From assembly GCA_015068345.1 (NCBI GenBank), contig SVKS01000002.1, positions 5,569-69,568 of the forward strand: DNA of 64,000 nucleotides. The letters run 5' to 3'. The notes under the pieces are model-generated. The model ran no database searches, had not been told where the DNA came from, and saw nothing but the letters and a program-made list of their open reading frames with translations. The translations under genes and the position numbers were made by a program. Below are positions 19,897 through 28,480 of this stretch, in pieces (the stretch's first letter is position 1; each line of letters begins with the position of its first letter). The DNA comes from Oscillospiraceae bacterium. Its GTDB lineage: Bacteria; Bacillota; Clostridia; Oscillospirales; QAMX01.

Positions 19897-20134
19897 CTTA
19901 CGTATCCTCTTTTGGCTTTTTATACTATCCCTCTTATTATAAAGAAAACTCCCTTTCATTGCAATAGGTAAAGCCATGGTTTTTTTCTGTTTTTACCAAA
20001 CGTTTTCTGTTTGTTATCACCGACAATTTCGGTGTCCTGCAAAAAAGAATATTGCCATTCGGGTCATTTCAGTGTATAATGTAGTGTGGTTTATTCCAGG
20101 CGGTTCCACCGGGGACCGGGAAAGGAAGTCGGAT

Positions 20135-20761
20135 ATGCCCATCGTGGAAAAGTTGCTCCCCGTCCGGGGAGGGAAACGAATCTGCGTGATTCTTTCCGAC
20201 GGGCAAAGTCTGTTTTTGAACCGGGAACAGGTTTCGGAATTGGGACTCGATAAGGGTGCGGAGGTTTCTCCTCTTTTGCTACCCAAGTTCAGCCTATACC
20301 ATACTCCCGAACGGGCCCGGGATTACGCCGCAAAGGTTGCTATGCGCCCCATTTTTGTGGGTGAAATGCAAAAAAAACTTCTGGATAAGGGGTTCTCCCC
20401 GGAAGTCACCCAGGATACCCTGGACTGGCTCACCCGCATTGGGGTTTTGAATGACCGGGAGGTTATCAGGATCCATCTTCGGGAAGCCACTCGGAAGGGT
20501 CAGGGGAAACGGGCCATTCTCTACGACCTGCTTCGCCGAGGGGTAGACCGGGATCTTTGCGAAGAAGCCCTTGCCGATTTGGAAATCGGGGATGTTCCCC
20601 TGCGGCTCCTTCAAAAAAAATGCAAGGGGCTTTCTGATCGGGAAACCCTGCAAAAAGGAAGTACCTACCTGCGTGCCCGTGGTTTTGACGGGGACGAGGT
20701 TCAACACATCATCAATCAATACCTCTCTTCGCTGGAGAGAGAAACAGAAAACGAGGAATGA
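20135..20761 (+). CDS. recX: Recombination regulator RecX
   Basis: ORF 19976..20761. ATG at 20135 (MPIVEKL..). Repeated three-helix modules (..EMQKKLLDKGFSPEVTQDTLDWLTRIGVLNDREV..). Confidence 0.7.
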   Translation: MPIVEKLLPVRGGKRICVILSDGQSLFLNREQVSELGLDKGAEVSPLLLPKFSLYHTPERARDYAAKVAMRPIFVGEMQKKLLDKGFSPEVTQDTLDWLTRIGVLNDREVIRIHLREATRKGQGKRAILYDLLRRGVDRDLCEEALADLEIGDVPLRLLQKKCKGLSDRETLQKGSTYLRARGFDGDEVQHIINQYLSSLERETENEE

Positions 20762-22101
20762 TAACTATGTCCCATACATTTACCGTGGTCACCATGGGGT
20801 GTCCCAAAAACACCGTTATGAGTGAGCAGATGATCTATCGCATGGAACAGGCAGGCTACACCGCCGTACCGGGTTACATGGACGCCGAGATCATCATTTT
20901 GAACACCTGTGGCTTCATTGACAGTGCCAAAGCCGAAGCGGTGGAAAATATTCTGGAGCTTCTGCGTTTCAAGGAAGACGGCACCCTGAAAAAGCTCATT
21001 GTGGTGGGCTGCCTTGCCGAACTGGTGCGGGAAGAAATCACTGAGGAATTTCCCGACGTGGACGGACTTGCCGGCTGCGGCAGCTACGACAACATCGTGG
21101 AGGTGGTGGAAAGTGCCCTGCGGGACGAGCATCCCGCCGTCTTCGGGGATATCAACGCCCCGGTCACCGAATGTGGCCGCACCCGCCTGACCGCCTGGTA
21201 CTCCGCCTACGTGCGCATTGCCGAAGGTTGCAACAATCGTTGCTCTTACTGCATCATTCCCTCCCTGAAGGGGAATTTCCGCAGCCGGGAAGAGGATGCC
21301 ATCGTGGCCGAATGTGAAGAATTGGCCGCCGATGGAGTGAAGGAGCTCAACATCATTGCCCAGGATATCACCCGTTATGGGGAGGACCTGGAGGGTAAGT
21401 CGCTTGTAACCCTGCTTCGCCGTCTCTGTCGCATTGACGGCATCGAATGGATTCGTCTCCATTATCTCTATCCTGCCGGCATCACCGATGAACTCATCGA
21501 CCTGATTGCCGAAGAGGATAAGATCTGCAACTATCTGGATATCCCCATGCAGCACTGCAACGATCAGATTCTCAAGGCCATGAACCGCCGTGGTACCAAG
21601 GCCGACCTTCTGGCTCTGGTGAAAAAGCTCCGGGAAAAGATCCCAGGCGTGATCCTGCGTACCTCCCTGATCGTTGGTCTTCCCGGTGAAACCGAAGAGA
21701 TTTTTGAAGAGCTTTGCGATTTCTGCAAAGAGGTCAAATTCGAACGGGTTGGCGTCTTCTCCTTCTCTCCCCAGGAAGGCACGGTTGCCGCTTCCCTTCC
21801 CAACCAGGTGGACGAAGAAACCGCCGAACACCGCAAGGAGCTCCTCTATGACTTGACCGACCGCATCATGACCCAATATTACGAGTCGCTGGTTGGCAAA
21901 ACCGTCAAGGTCCTTTGTGAAGGCTTTGACCGTATCGCCGAAATCAGCTTTGGCCGCAGCTATGCCGACTCCCCCGAAATCGACGGCAAGATCTTCTTCA
22001 AAGCCAAGCCCCGTCCGGAAGACGGCGAATTTATTGACATCATCATCGAGGAAAACTACGAGGGTGAGCTTTTCGGCTCCCCCGCATCCAAGGAGGAATA
22101 A
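20758..22101 (+). CDS. rimO: Ribosomal protein S12 methylthiotransferase RimO (radical SAM MTTase)
   Basis: N-terminal GCPKN motif, radical-SAM CNNRCSYC, C-terminal TRAM region. ATG 20758 overlaps the recX stop; ATG 20767 is an alternative start. rimO-pgsA synteny. Confidence 0.85.
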   Translation: MITMSHTFTVVTMGCPKNTVMSEQMIYRMEQAGYTAVPGYMDAEIIILNTCGFIDSAKAEAVENILELLRFKEDGTLKKLIVVGCLAELVREEITEEFPDVDGLAGCGSYDNIVEVVESALRDEHPAVFGDINAPVTECGRTRLTAWYSAYVRIAEGCNNRCSYCIIPSLKGNFRSREEDAIVAECEELAADGVKELNIIAQDITRYGEDLEGKSLVTLLRRLCRIDGIEWIRLHYLYPAGITDELIDLIAEEDKICNYLDIPMQHCNDQILKAMNRRGTKADLLALVKKLREKIPGVILRTSLIVGLPGETEEIFEELCDFCKEVKFERVGVFSFSPQEGTVAASLPNQVDEETAEHRKELLYDLTDRIMTQYYESLVGKTVKVLCEGFDRIAEISFGRSYADSPEIDGKIFFKAKPRPEDGEFIDIIIEENYEGELFGSPASKEE

Positions 22102-22106
22102 GCAAA

Positions 22107-22649
22107 ATGACAACCGCCAATAAGATCACCATGGTCCGGGTGGCCATGATTCCGGTATTTTTGGTTCTCTGCCTGTGGCCCTTCTCCCATCATTACCTGG
22201 CTTCGGTGATCGTTTTCGCCATTGCCAGCATCACCGACTTTATCGATGGCTATATTGCCCGTAAGTACAATCAAGTCACCACCTTTGGCAAATTCGTGGA
22301 TCCCCTTGCGGACAAACTTCTGGTAATTTCCGCCCTTTTGGTTTTCACCCAGGTGGGTTTCATGCATTCGGTCTGCACCTTCATCATCATCGGCCGTGAA
22401 CTGATCATCACCTCTCTGCGCATTCTTGCCATGGGTGAGGGGGTTGTCATGGCTGCCGGTTTCTCCGGAAAGGTCAAAACCTTCTCCCAGATGGTTCTGA
22501 TTATCCTCAGTTTCCTTGTGGCCGACTTCTTCCCTGCAAACGCCAATCTTGTGGTCAATGCCTTCTCCTATATTATGGCCGCCATTACCCTGTGGTCGGG
22601 CATTGACTATCTGTGGCGTCACCGCGCTCTGATCATGAAGACCAAGTAA
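22107..22649 (+). CDS. pgsA: CDP-diacylglycerol--glycerol-3-phosphate 3-phosphatidyltransferase
   Basis: 180 aa. CDP-alcohol phosphotransferase motif DFIDGYIARK...GKFVDPLADK. Confidence 0.9.
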   Translation: MTTANKITMVRVAMIPVFLVLCLWPFSHHYLASVIVFAIASITDFIDGYIARKYNQVTTFGKFVDPLADKLLVISALLVFTQVGFMHSVCTFIIIGRELIITSLRILAMGEGVVMAAGFSGKVKTFSQMVLIILSFLVADFFPANANLVVNAFSYIMAAITLWSGIDYLWRHRALIMKTK

Positions 22650-22653
22650 GACC

Positions 22654-23240
22654 ATGCAGTTTATTCTTGCTTCTACCTCCCCTCGCCGCCGGGAACTTTT
22701 GGAAATGCTGGGAGTTGGTCCCCTGCTGGTCCGTCCGGTGTGGTGGAGGAAAATTATCCCGATCTGACCCCGGAGGAATTGGTTGTCCGCCTTGCCCAAA
22801 ACAAGGGGGAGGCCATTCTGCCCGCAGCCGGGGAGGAAGATATCGTCATCTCCGCCGACACCATTGTCGTTTTGAATGGAGAAATTCTGGGTAAACCCAA
22901 AGACGAGGAGGATGCTTTTCGTATGCTTTCCTCCCTTTCGGGTAATACCCATCTGGTCCACACCGGTATTGCCTTGCTGTCCCATGAAAAAGTCGAAACA
23001 GCGGTGGTTTCCTCTCGTGTCACCTTTCGGGAGCTGACCTCCCAGGAGATTTGGGATTATATCCATTCGGGGGAACCCATGGACAAAGCCGGAGCATACG
23101 GCATCCAGGGTTTGGGTTCTCTGTTCGTATCTCATCTGGACGGTGACTTTTTCGCCGTCATGGGGTTCCCTGTTTGCCGTTTTGCCGAACTGATGTCATC
23201 CTTCGGCGTTGAAATTTTATCCTTACGGAGGCAATTTTGA
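22654..23240 (+). pseudogene. maf: Maf-like nucleotide pyrophosphatase, interrupted by an apparent 1-nt frameshift near 22738..22742
   Basis: ATG 22654 encodes MQFILASTSPRRRELLEMLGV.. (conserved Maf N-terminus) but this frame stops at 22767. The rest of Maf (VEENYPDLTPEELV...AYGIQG..) reads from 22740 in another frame. Confidence 0.8.
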
Positions 23241-24076
23241 GATCGTTTTTTCGTAACCGACTGGTCATTACGGTGCTCATTGTAATCGGCATCGTGGTCC
23301 TTTTTTCTGTCATATCGGCTTACTCACCGGGGACTGCTACCCCGGTTGCAAACGTTGCCTCTGCCATTACTTCCCCCTTTGAAAAGGCCTTCAGCTGGTG
23401 TGCCGAGGGAATTGGCAAGCTCTTTTCCTACATTACGGAATTTGATTCTCTGAAACTGGAAAACGAAGCGCTGAAGGAAGAATTGTTGGAAAAGGAAGAT
23501 CTGATCCGCAAAGCAGAAAAATACAAAGAAGAAAACGAAAAGCTTCGGGATCTTCTCAATATTACCCGTGACAACGAGCAGTTTACCCTGGAAATGTGCG
23601 ATGTCATTTCCCGCCCGGACGGAGACTTTTCCTATACCTTCACCATCGATAAGGGCTCCAACGTGGGCATTGAGGTGGGGGATACCGTTATCGTCAGCGA
23701 AGGCTACGTGGGTTACGTCTGCGAAGTGGGTCTTAACTGGTGCAACGTCCTTTCGGTGATTGACAGCGGCCTTTCGGTTGGCGGGCAAAACGTCCGTACC
23801 AAGGAAAGTATGATGTGTGAAGGGGATTATGCTCTCATGCGGGAAGGAAAGCTGAAACTTTCCTACGTTCCGCTTGATTCTTCCCTTTACGTTGGAGATG
23901 AAATTTGCACCTCCGGTTTGGGTGGCAATGTCCCCCATGGCATCATGGTGGGGGAAGTGGCTGCTGTTTCCATTGCTCCCGGCGGCGGCAGTATGCAGGC
24001 CGAGATTGCCCCCTACGTGGACGTCAATGAACTGACCCTGGTATTTGTCATCACCGACTTTGTAAAGGAAGGCTGA
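23237..24076 (+). CDS. mreC: Rod shape-determining protein MreC
   Basis: TTG start after GGAGG. N-terminal TM, coiled coil (LKLENEALKEELLEKEDL) and beta-rich C-terminal domain. mreC-mreD-PBP2 order. Confidence 0.85.
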   Translation: MRSFFRNRLVITVLIVIGIVVLFSVISAYSPGTATPVANVASAITSPFEKAFSWCAEGIGKLFSYITEFDSLKLENEALKEELLEKEDLIRKAEKYKEENEKLRDLLNITRDNEQFTLEMCDVISRPDGDFSYTFTIDKGSNVGIEVGDTVIVSEGYVGYVCEVGLNWCNVLSVIDSGLSVGGQNVRTKESMMCEGDYALMREGKLKLSYVPLDSSLYVGDEICTSGLGGNVPHGIMVGEVAAVSIAPGGGSMQAEIAPYVDVNELTLVFVITDFVKEG

Positions 24077-24077
24077 T

Positions 24078-24584
24078 ATGGGTGACATTCGACGTATTCT
24101 GTACAAAATAGTTGCCCTGGGTCTTTTGATTGCCGTAACCTTTGCCTTTTGGGGGGTGGCGGCAGAATCTCTGCGGCTCTGGGGTTATCGGGTCAACGTA
24201 ATGCCCTTTTTGGTGGCTGCCGGCAGCATCTTTTTCCGCAAGGAGTGGGGTGCGGGGCTTGGCTGTTTCATTGGTATCCTGTGTGATACCGCAAATGGAA
24301 AAACCGCCGGTTACTACACCGTTATGTATATGATCCTGGCCATTCTGGTGGGTCTGATTGCCGAACGTTATTATCGCACCCGTTTTGTTCCGGTTTTGCT
24401 TTCCGGTTATGGCATTTATCTTGTTTCCTGCCTGGTTCGTTTACTTTTGGATCTGGTGATTCCCGGCCAGGAGGAATTTTCCCTGTTTTTCACCTATTTT
24501 GTCCCTGCCGGGCTTTATTCCGCCCTTTGGTTTTTGCCGTTATTCCCTGTCATCAATTATATTTACCATAGAGCAGAGGATTAA
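24078..24584 (+). CDS. mreD: Rod shape-determining protein MreD
   Basis: 168-aa polytopic membrane protein immediately after mreC. Confidence 0.75.
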   Translation: MGDIRRILYKIVALGLLIAVTFAFWGVAAESLRLWGYRVNVMPFLVAAGSIFFRKEWGAGLGCFIGILCDTANGKTAGYYTVMYMILAILVGLIAERYYRTRFVPVLLSGYGIYLVSCLVRLLLDLVIPGQEEFSLFFTYFVPAGLYSALWFLPLFPVINYIYHRAED

Positions 24585-24602
24585 CACAGAAAGGAATCCG
24601 AT

Positions 24603-26678
24603 TTGAAACCTACTACCGTATTAAACCGCTACCGGGTCTTGATTCTGATTTCCCTCGTACTGGTGATTCTGTTAACCATCGTCATGTACAACATGCAGGT
24701 GGATGCCGCCAAGGCTCGGGAGGATGACTCCATCACCAAGGTGGTCACCTCCACCTACTCCACGACCCTTCACGCCACCCGTGGGAATCTTCTGGACCGC
24801 TATGGGAATCCACTTGTTGCCAATGAACAGGTCTTTTCTCTTCAATTCAACCGCAGCAACTGGAAGACCGCCAATCAAAGCGAGGTTATTCTTTCTCTTT
24901 TGAATCTGATTAAATCCAAGGGAACTACCTATCAGGATTCCCTTCCTATTTCCAATGCGCCTTTTTCCTATACCATCAGCGCCGGTGCCGACGTTGCCAT
25001 TCGTAAGGATTTTGACAAATACATGGAAAAGAATGATTGGGATCCCAATTTGAAGGCTTCCGAAGTAGTGACTTTGATGAGCGAAAAGTACCATCTGGCA
25101 GATGACTATTCCAATGCGGAACGACGTGCCATACTGGGATTGCTTTACGACATGGAAGTAGCTGAATTTTCGGTTTACAACCCCTTCCTTTTCCTGGAAG
25201 ACGTGGATATGGAAATCATTACCGCCATTCGGGAACGCAGTTTTTACTATTCCGGGGTGGAAATCATCACCCAATCCAGCCGTGTTTACAAAACCGATGT
25301 GGGTGCCCATATTTTAGGCCGGGTAGGTAAAATCTACAAGGAAGAATATGAGGAGCTTGCCTCCCAAAATTACAGTATGAATGCCATCGTTGGCAAAGAC
25401 GGTGCCGAAAAAGCCTTTGAAAGCTATCTCCGAGGCATCAATGGCTCACTAAAGACAAAGATCGACGCCTTTAACAATACCGTGGAGGTCGTTTCCGAAA
25501 CCCAGCCCAAAGCGGGTTACAACGTTCTCCTAACCATTGATGAACGCATTCAGGCCGCCACAGAAGAAGCTCTTGCCCGTCGTATTGAGGAGATTAAGGT
25601 CCTTTCGGAAGATAATCCCGAGGATTATCCTGAGGATATCGGCGGCGGTGCCGCCGTCATGATGAAGGTAGATTCCGCCGAAGTCCTTGCTATGGCAAGC
25701 TATCCCGACTATAATCTGGCATCCTTCTCAGAAGATTATGACGAACTTTTGGAAAACAAACTGACCCCCATGGTCAACCGGGTCATTGGTGGTACCTATC
25801 CCATCGGTTCGGTATTTAAAATGGTCACCGCAGTGGCCGCTCTGGAAGAGGGAGTTATCACCCCTGATACCATCATCAAGGACGAGGGTATTTATACCAA
25901 ATACCGCACCTTCCAGCCTCAGTGCTGGATTTATCGTCAGAACTATCACGCAACCCACGGCAATTTGAACGTTTCCATGGCTCTTCGTGACTCCTGCAAC
26001 TATTTCTTCTACCAGGTAGCCGATGACATGGGAATTGAAACCCTGGATAAATGGGCTCAAGCCTTCGGTCTTGGCAAAAAAACCGGAATTGAACTTTCCG
26101 GCGAGGTTTCCGGTCAGCGCTCCAATGTGGAAACCAAGGCCAAATCCTCCTCCATCGTATGGGGGCCCGGTGACACCCTGACCACCGCCATTGGTCAGTC
26201 TTATTCCCTTTTTACCCCCTTGCAGGTTTGTGCCTATCTTTCGGCTGTCTGCAACGGTGGTTACTACTACCAGCCCCACATTTTGAAGGAAGTCACCACC
26301 TATGACTATTCCTCGGTTGTGGTTTCGGTGCAGCCTACTCTGGTTAATACCATTTCCATGTCAAATTCCACCTATAAGGCGGTTATGGACGGCATGCTGG
26401 ACGCCGCCGAAAACGGCACTGCCGCCAAGGTCTTTGAGAATTACCCTATCCGCGTCGGTGGTAAAACCGGTTCTTCCCAGGTTGCTTCCGGCACCTCCAA
26501 CGGCGTTTTCGCCGCTTTTGCCCCCTTCGACGATCCCGAAATCGCGGTATTCATCATTGTAGAACACGGCGGTTCGGGCAGTAACATTGGTATCATCGCC
26601 CGGGATATGTTCGATGCGTATTTTAACCTTTCCACCAACCTTGCGGAGGTGAAGGGCGTCAACACCCTGGTAAACTGA
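24603..26678 (+). CDS. mrdA: Penicillin-binding protein 2 (class B transpeptidase)
   Basis: TTG start. N-terminal TM. SxxK (GSVFKM), SxN (DSCN), KTG (GKTGSS) active-site motifs. Confidence 0.9.
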   Translation: MKPTTVLNRYRVLILISLVLVILLTIVMYNMQVDAAKAREDDSITKVVTSTYSTTLHATRGNLLDRYGNPLVANEQVFSLQFNRSNWKTANQSEVILSLLNLIKSKGTTYQDSLPISNAPFSYTISAGADVAIRKDFDKYMEKNDWDPNLKASEVVTLMSEKYHLADDYSNAERRAILGLLYDMEVAEFSVYNPFLFLEDVDMEIITAIRERSFYYSGVEIITQSSRVYKTDVGAHILGRVGKIYKEEYEELASQNYSMNAIVGKDGAEKAFESYLRGINGSLKTKIDAFNNTVEVVSETQPKAGYNVLLTIDERIQAATEEALARRIEEIKVLSEDNPEDYPEDIGGGAAVMMKVDSAEVLAMASYPDYNLASFSEDYDELLENKLTPMVNRVIGGTYPIGSVFKMVTAVAALEEGVITPDTIIKDEGIYTKYRTFQPQCWIYRQNYHATHGNLNVSMALRDSCNYFFYQVADDMGIETLDKWAQAFGLGKKTGIELSGEVSGQRSNVETKAKSSSIVWGPGDTLTTAIGQSYSLFTPLQVCAYLSAVCNGGYYYQPHILKEVTTYDYSSVVVSVQPTLVNTISMSNSTYKAVMDGMLDAAENGTAAKVFENYPIRVGGKTGSSQVASGTSNGVFAAFAPFDDPEIAVFIIVEHGGSGSNIGIIARDMFDAYFNLSTNLAEVKGVNTLVN

Positions 26679-26692
26679 GAAAGGAAGGTCCC

Positions 26693-27592
26693 ATGCCCAG
26701 CTTTTCCAGCGAAGTAAAAGACGAACTTTGTCGTCATCCTATCAAACGTAGCTGTTGTGCCATCGCAGAATGCTATGGTATTCTCCTTTTCTGCCATACC
26801 TTCTCCAAAAGCGAGATTCGTATCGTTTCCTCCCATCGTGGTTTTGCTGAACGGACGGTAGCCCTTTTCACCCGTGCCTTCCGGGTTACCCCCACCATCA
26901 CCGGGGGAGAAAAGGGCGGCCGCAGCACCATCCTGATCACCAACAAGGCCGACATTGCCAAAATCATGGAAAAGTGCGGCTATGATACCACCGGTTTTGT
27001 TTCTCTCCACCTGAACGCCTGGATATTTGAAAAGGATTGCTGTCTTTCCTCCTTCCTGCGGGGTATTTTTCTTTCGGGCGGCAGTCTGGTGGCTCCCGAA
27101 AAGAAGTGCCGGTTGGAGCTGACCTCCACCCATATTGCCCTTTCCCGGGAGATTTCGGCACTTCTTGTAGATCAGAATTTCCGCAGTGGTTTCTCCATCC
27201 GTCAAAACAGTGTAGTTGTTTACATCAAAACCGGGGAGAATATTGAGGATTATCTGACCCTGTGCGGTGCTCCTCTTTCTGCCATGAAATTGATGCAGGA
27301 AAAGATGCTCAAATCCATCCGCAACAACATCAATCGCCAAAACAACTTTGCCGACGCCAACATGGATAAATCCATCAATGCCTCGGTGGATCAGCGAGTG
27401 GCCATCAAAAAGCTGGAAACCTCCGGTTTGCTTTCCACCCTGGAAAAGGGCCTTCAGGAGGTGGCACTTCTCCGTACCGAAAATCCGGAAGCCTCCCTGA
27501 CTGAACTTGCCACCATGGCTGGGGTCAGCCGTTCCTGTGTTTATCACCGGCTTCGAAAGCTTTGTGCCCTGGCTTCATCTGTGAGATCATAG
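26693..27592 (+). CDS. whiA: DNA-binding protein WhiA
   Basis: MPSFSSEVKDEL N-terminus, degenerate LAGLIDADG-like repeats, C-terminal HTH (LTELATMAGVSRSCVYHRLRKL). Confidence 0.9.
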   Translation: MPSFSSEVKDELCRHPIKRSCCAIAECYGILLFCHTFSKSEIRIVSSHRGFAERTVALFTRAFRVTPTITGGEKGGRSTILITNKADIAKIMEKCGYDTTGFVSLHLNAWIFEKDCCLSSFLRGIFLSGGSLVAPEKKCRLELTSTHIALSREISALLVDQNFRSGFSIRQNSVVVYIKTGENIEDYLTLCGAPLSAMKLMQEKMLKSIRNNINRQNNFADANMDKSINASVDQRVAIKKLETSGLLSTLEKGLQEVALLRTENPEASLTELATMAGVSRSCVYHRLRKLCALASSVRS

Positions 27593-27671
27593 CATTCCAT
27601 CCAAATTGGGCTCTCAAACAGAATTTGAATCTATATTTCCATACAAACCTTTGAATTTTCCAAAAGAGGGG

Positions 27672-27700
27672 TTGACAAAAGTTTGGTATTATGGTATTAT
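27672..27700 (+). promoter_or_regulatory. Putative promoter of the tRNA operon
   Basis: TTGACA (27672..27677), 17-nt spacer, TATTAT (27695..27700), about 50 nt upstream of the first tRNA. Confidence 0.55.
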
Positions 27701-27751
27701 ATTTAAGCAGCTTTGAGAGCCCTCCCTGTGGCGGAAGCAATTACGACTCGC

Positions 27752-27825
27752 GCGGGTGTAGTTCAATGGTAGAACATCAGCCTTCCAAGCTGATTGCGTG
27801 GGTTCGATTCCCATCACCCGCTCCA
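27752..27825 (+). tRNA. tRNA-Gly (anticodon UCC)
   Basis: Acceptor GCGGGTG/CACCCGC, D-loop AGTTCAATGGTAG, anticodon loop CTTCCAA, T-loop GGTTCGATTCC, encoded CCA. Confidence 0.9.
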
Positions 27826-27831
27826 TGATAC

Positions 27832-27908
<77 letters not shown>

Positions 27909-27914
27909 CTATAT

Positions 27915-27992
27915 GGCGGATATAGCTCAGTTGGTTAGAGCACTGGATTGTGGTTCCAGGTGTCGTCGGTTCGAGTCCGATTATCCGTCCCA
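27915..27992 (+). tRNA. tRNA-His (anticodon GUG) with G-1
   Basis: Extra 5' G (27915) able to pair with C73. Anticodon loop TTGTGGT, T-loop GGTTCGAGTCC, encoded CCA. Confidence 0.9.
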
Positions 27993-28001
27993 CCAAACGT
28001 G

Positions 28002-28030
28002 CAAACGGGTCGATTTTATCGACCCGTTTG
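28002..28030. other. Perfect 12-13-bp hairpin between tRNA-His and tRNA-Gln (no U-tract)
   Basis: CAAACGGGTCGA(T) TTT (A)TCGACCCGTTTG. Not followed by a T-run on either strand. Confidence 0.6.
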
Positions 28031-28045
28031 CCAAAAACATCACAT

Positions 28046-28122
28046 TGGGATGTAGCCAAGTCGGTAAGGCAACGGACTTTGACTCCGTCATTGCGCAGGT
28101 TCGAGTCCTGCCATCCCAGCCA
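28046..28122 (+). tRNA. tRNA-Gln (anticodon UUG)
   Basis: U1:A72 acceptor TGGGATG/CATCCCA, anticodon loop CTTTGAC, T-loop GGTTCGAGTCC, encoded CCA. Confidence 0.9.
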
Positions 28123-28135
28123 CTTAACTTAATAT

Positions 28136-28211
28136 GATCCATTAGCTCAGCCGGCAGAGCACCTGCCTTTTAAGCAGGGTGTCCCGCGTTCGAATCGCGG
28201 ATGGATCACCA
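28136..28211 (+). tRNA. tRNA-Lys (anticodon UUU)
   Basis: GATCCATTAGCTCAGCCGGCAGAGC.., anticodon loop CTTTTAA, T-loop CGTTCGAATCG, encoded CCA. Confidence 0.9.
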
Positions 28212-28247
28212 AAATCCCGAACCGTTGGTTCGGGATTTTTTTCTTTT
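28212..28247 (+). terminator. Intrinsic terminator of the tRNA operon
   Basis: AAATCCCGAAC / GTTCGGGATTT stem followed by TTTTTTCTTTTT. Confidence 0.85.
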
Positions 28248-28480
28248 TCTTTCAAATTATATGCGACCTTTTGTCCATTGGAAGCGACTTATATAGTAGA
28301 TGGGATTGGTTCCATTTGACGTTACTATGCCATCTTGATGCCGTTTTGATGCCAATCTGGTATTTCTTTCTAAAAACCGCCTATCAAGTTTATGTAATCG
28401 GCAAATGGATTCTTTGTTCCCATTCTGCTACAATAAAGATAACAAAAAACGCTATGAAGTTTTCACGAAAGGAGTCCTCC

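Noticed and set aside
22613-22894. A 93-aa ORF overlapping the start of maf.
   Set aside because: It lies in the third frame across the maf N-terminal region, has an Arg/Gly/Pro-rich translation, and has no support. The Maf homology in the other two frames explains the locus.
27140-27153. Other CCCGGG-centred sequences as Noc-binding sites. Examples are CTTTCCCGGGAGAT in whiA and half-matches near 13088, 49510, 52755 and 55888.
   Set aside because: They match 12/14 or less, or only one half-site. CCCGGG is frequent in this GC-rich DNA. Only the site at 45014..45027 is close to consensus.
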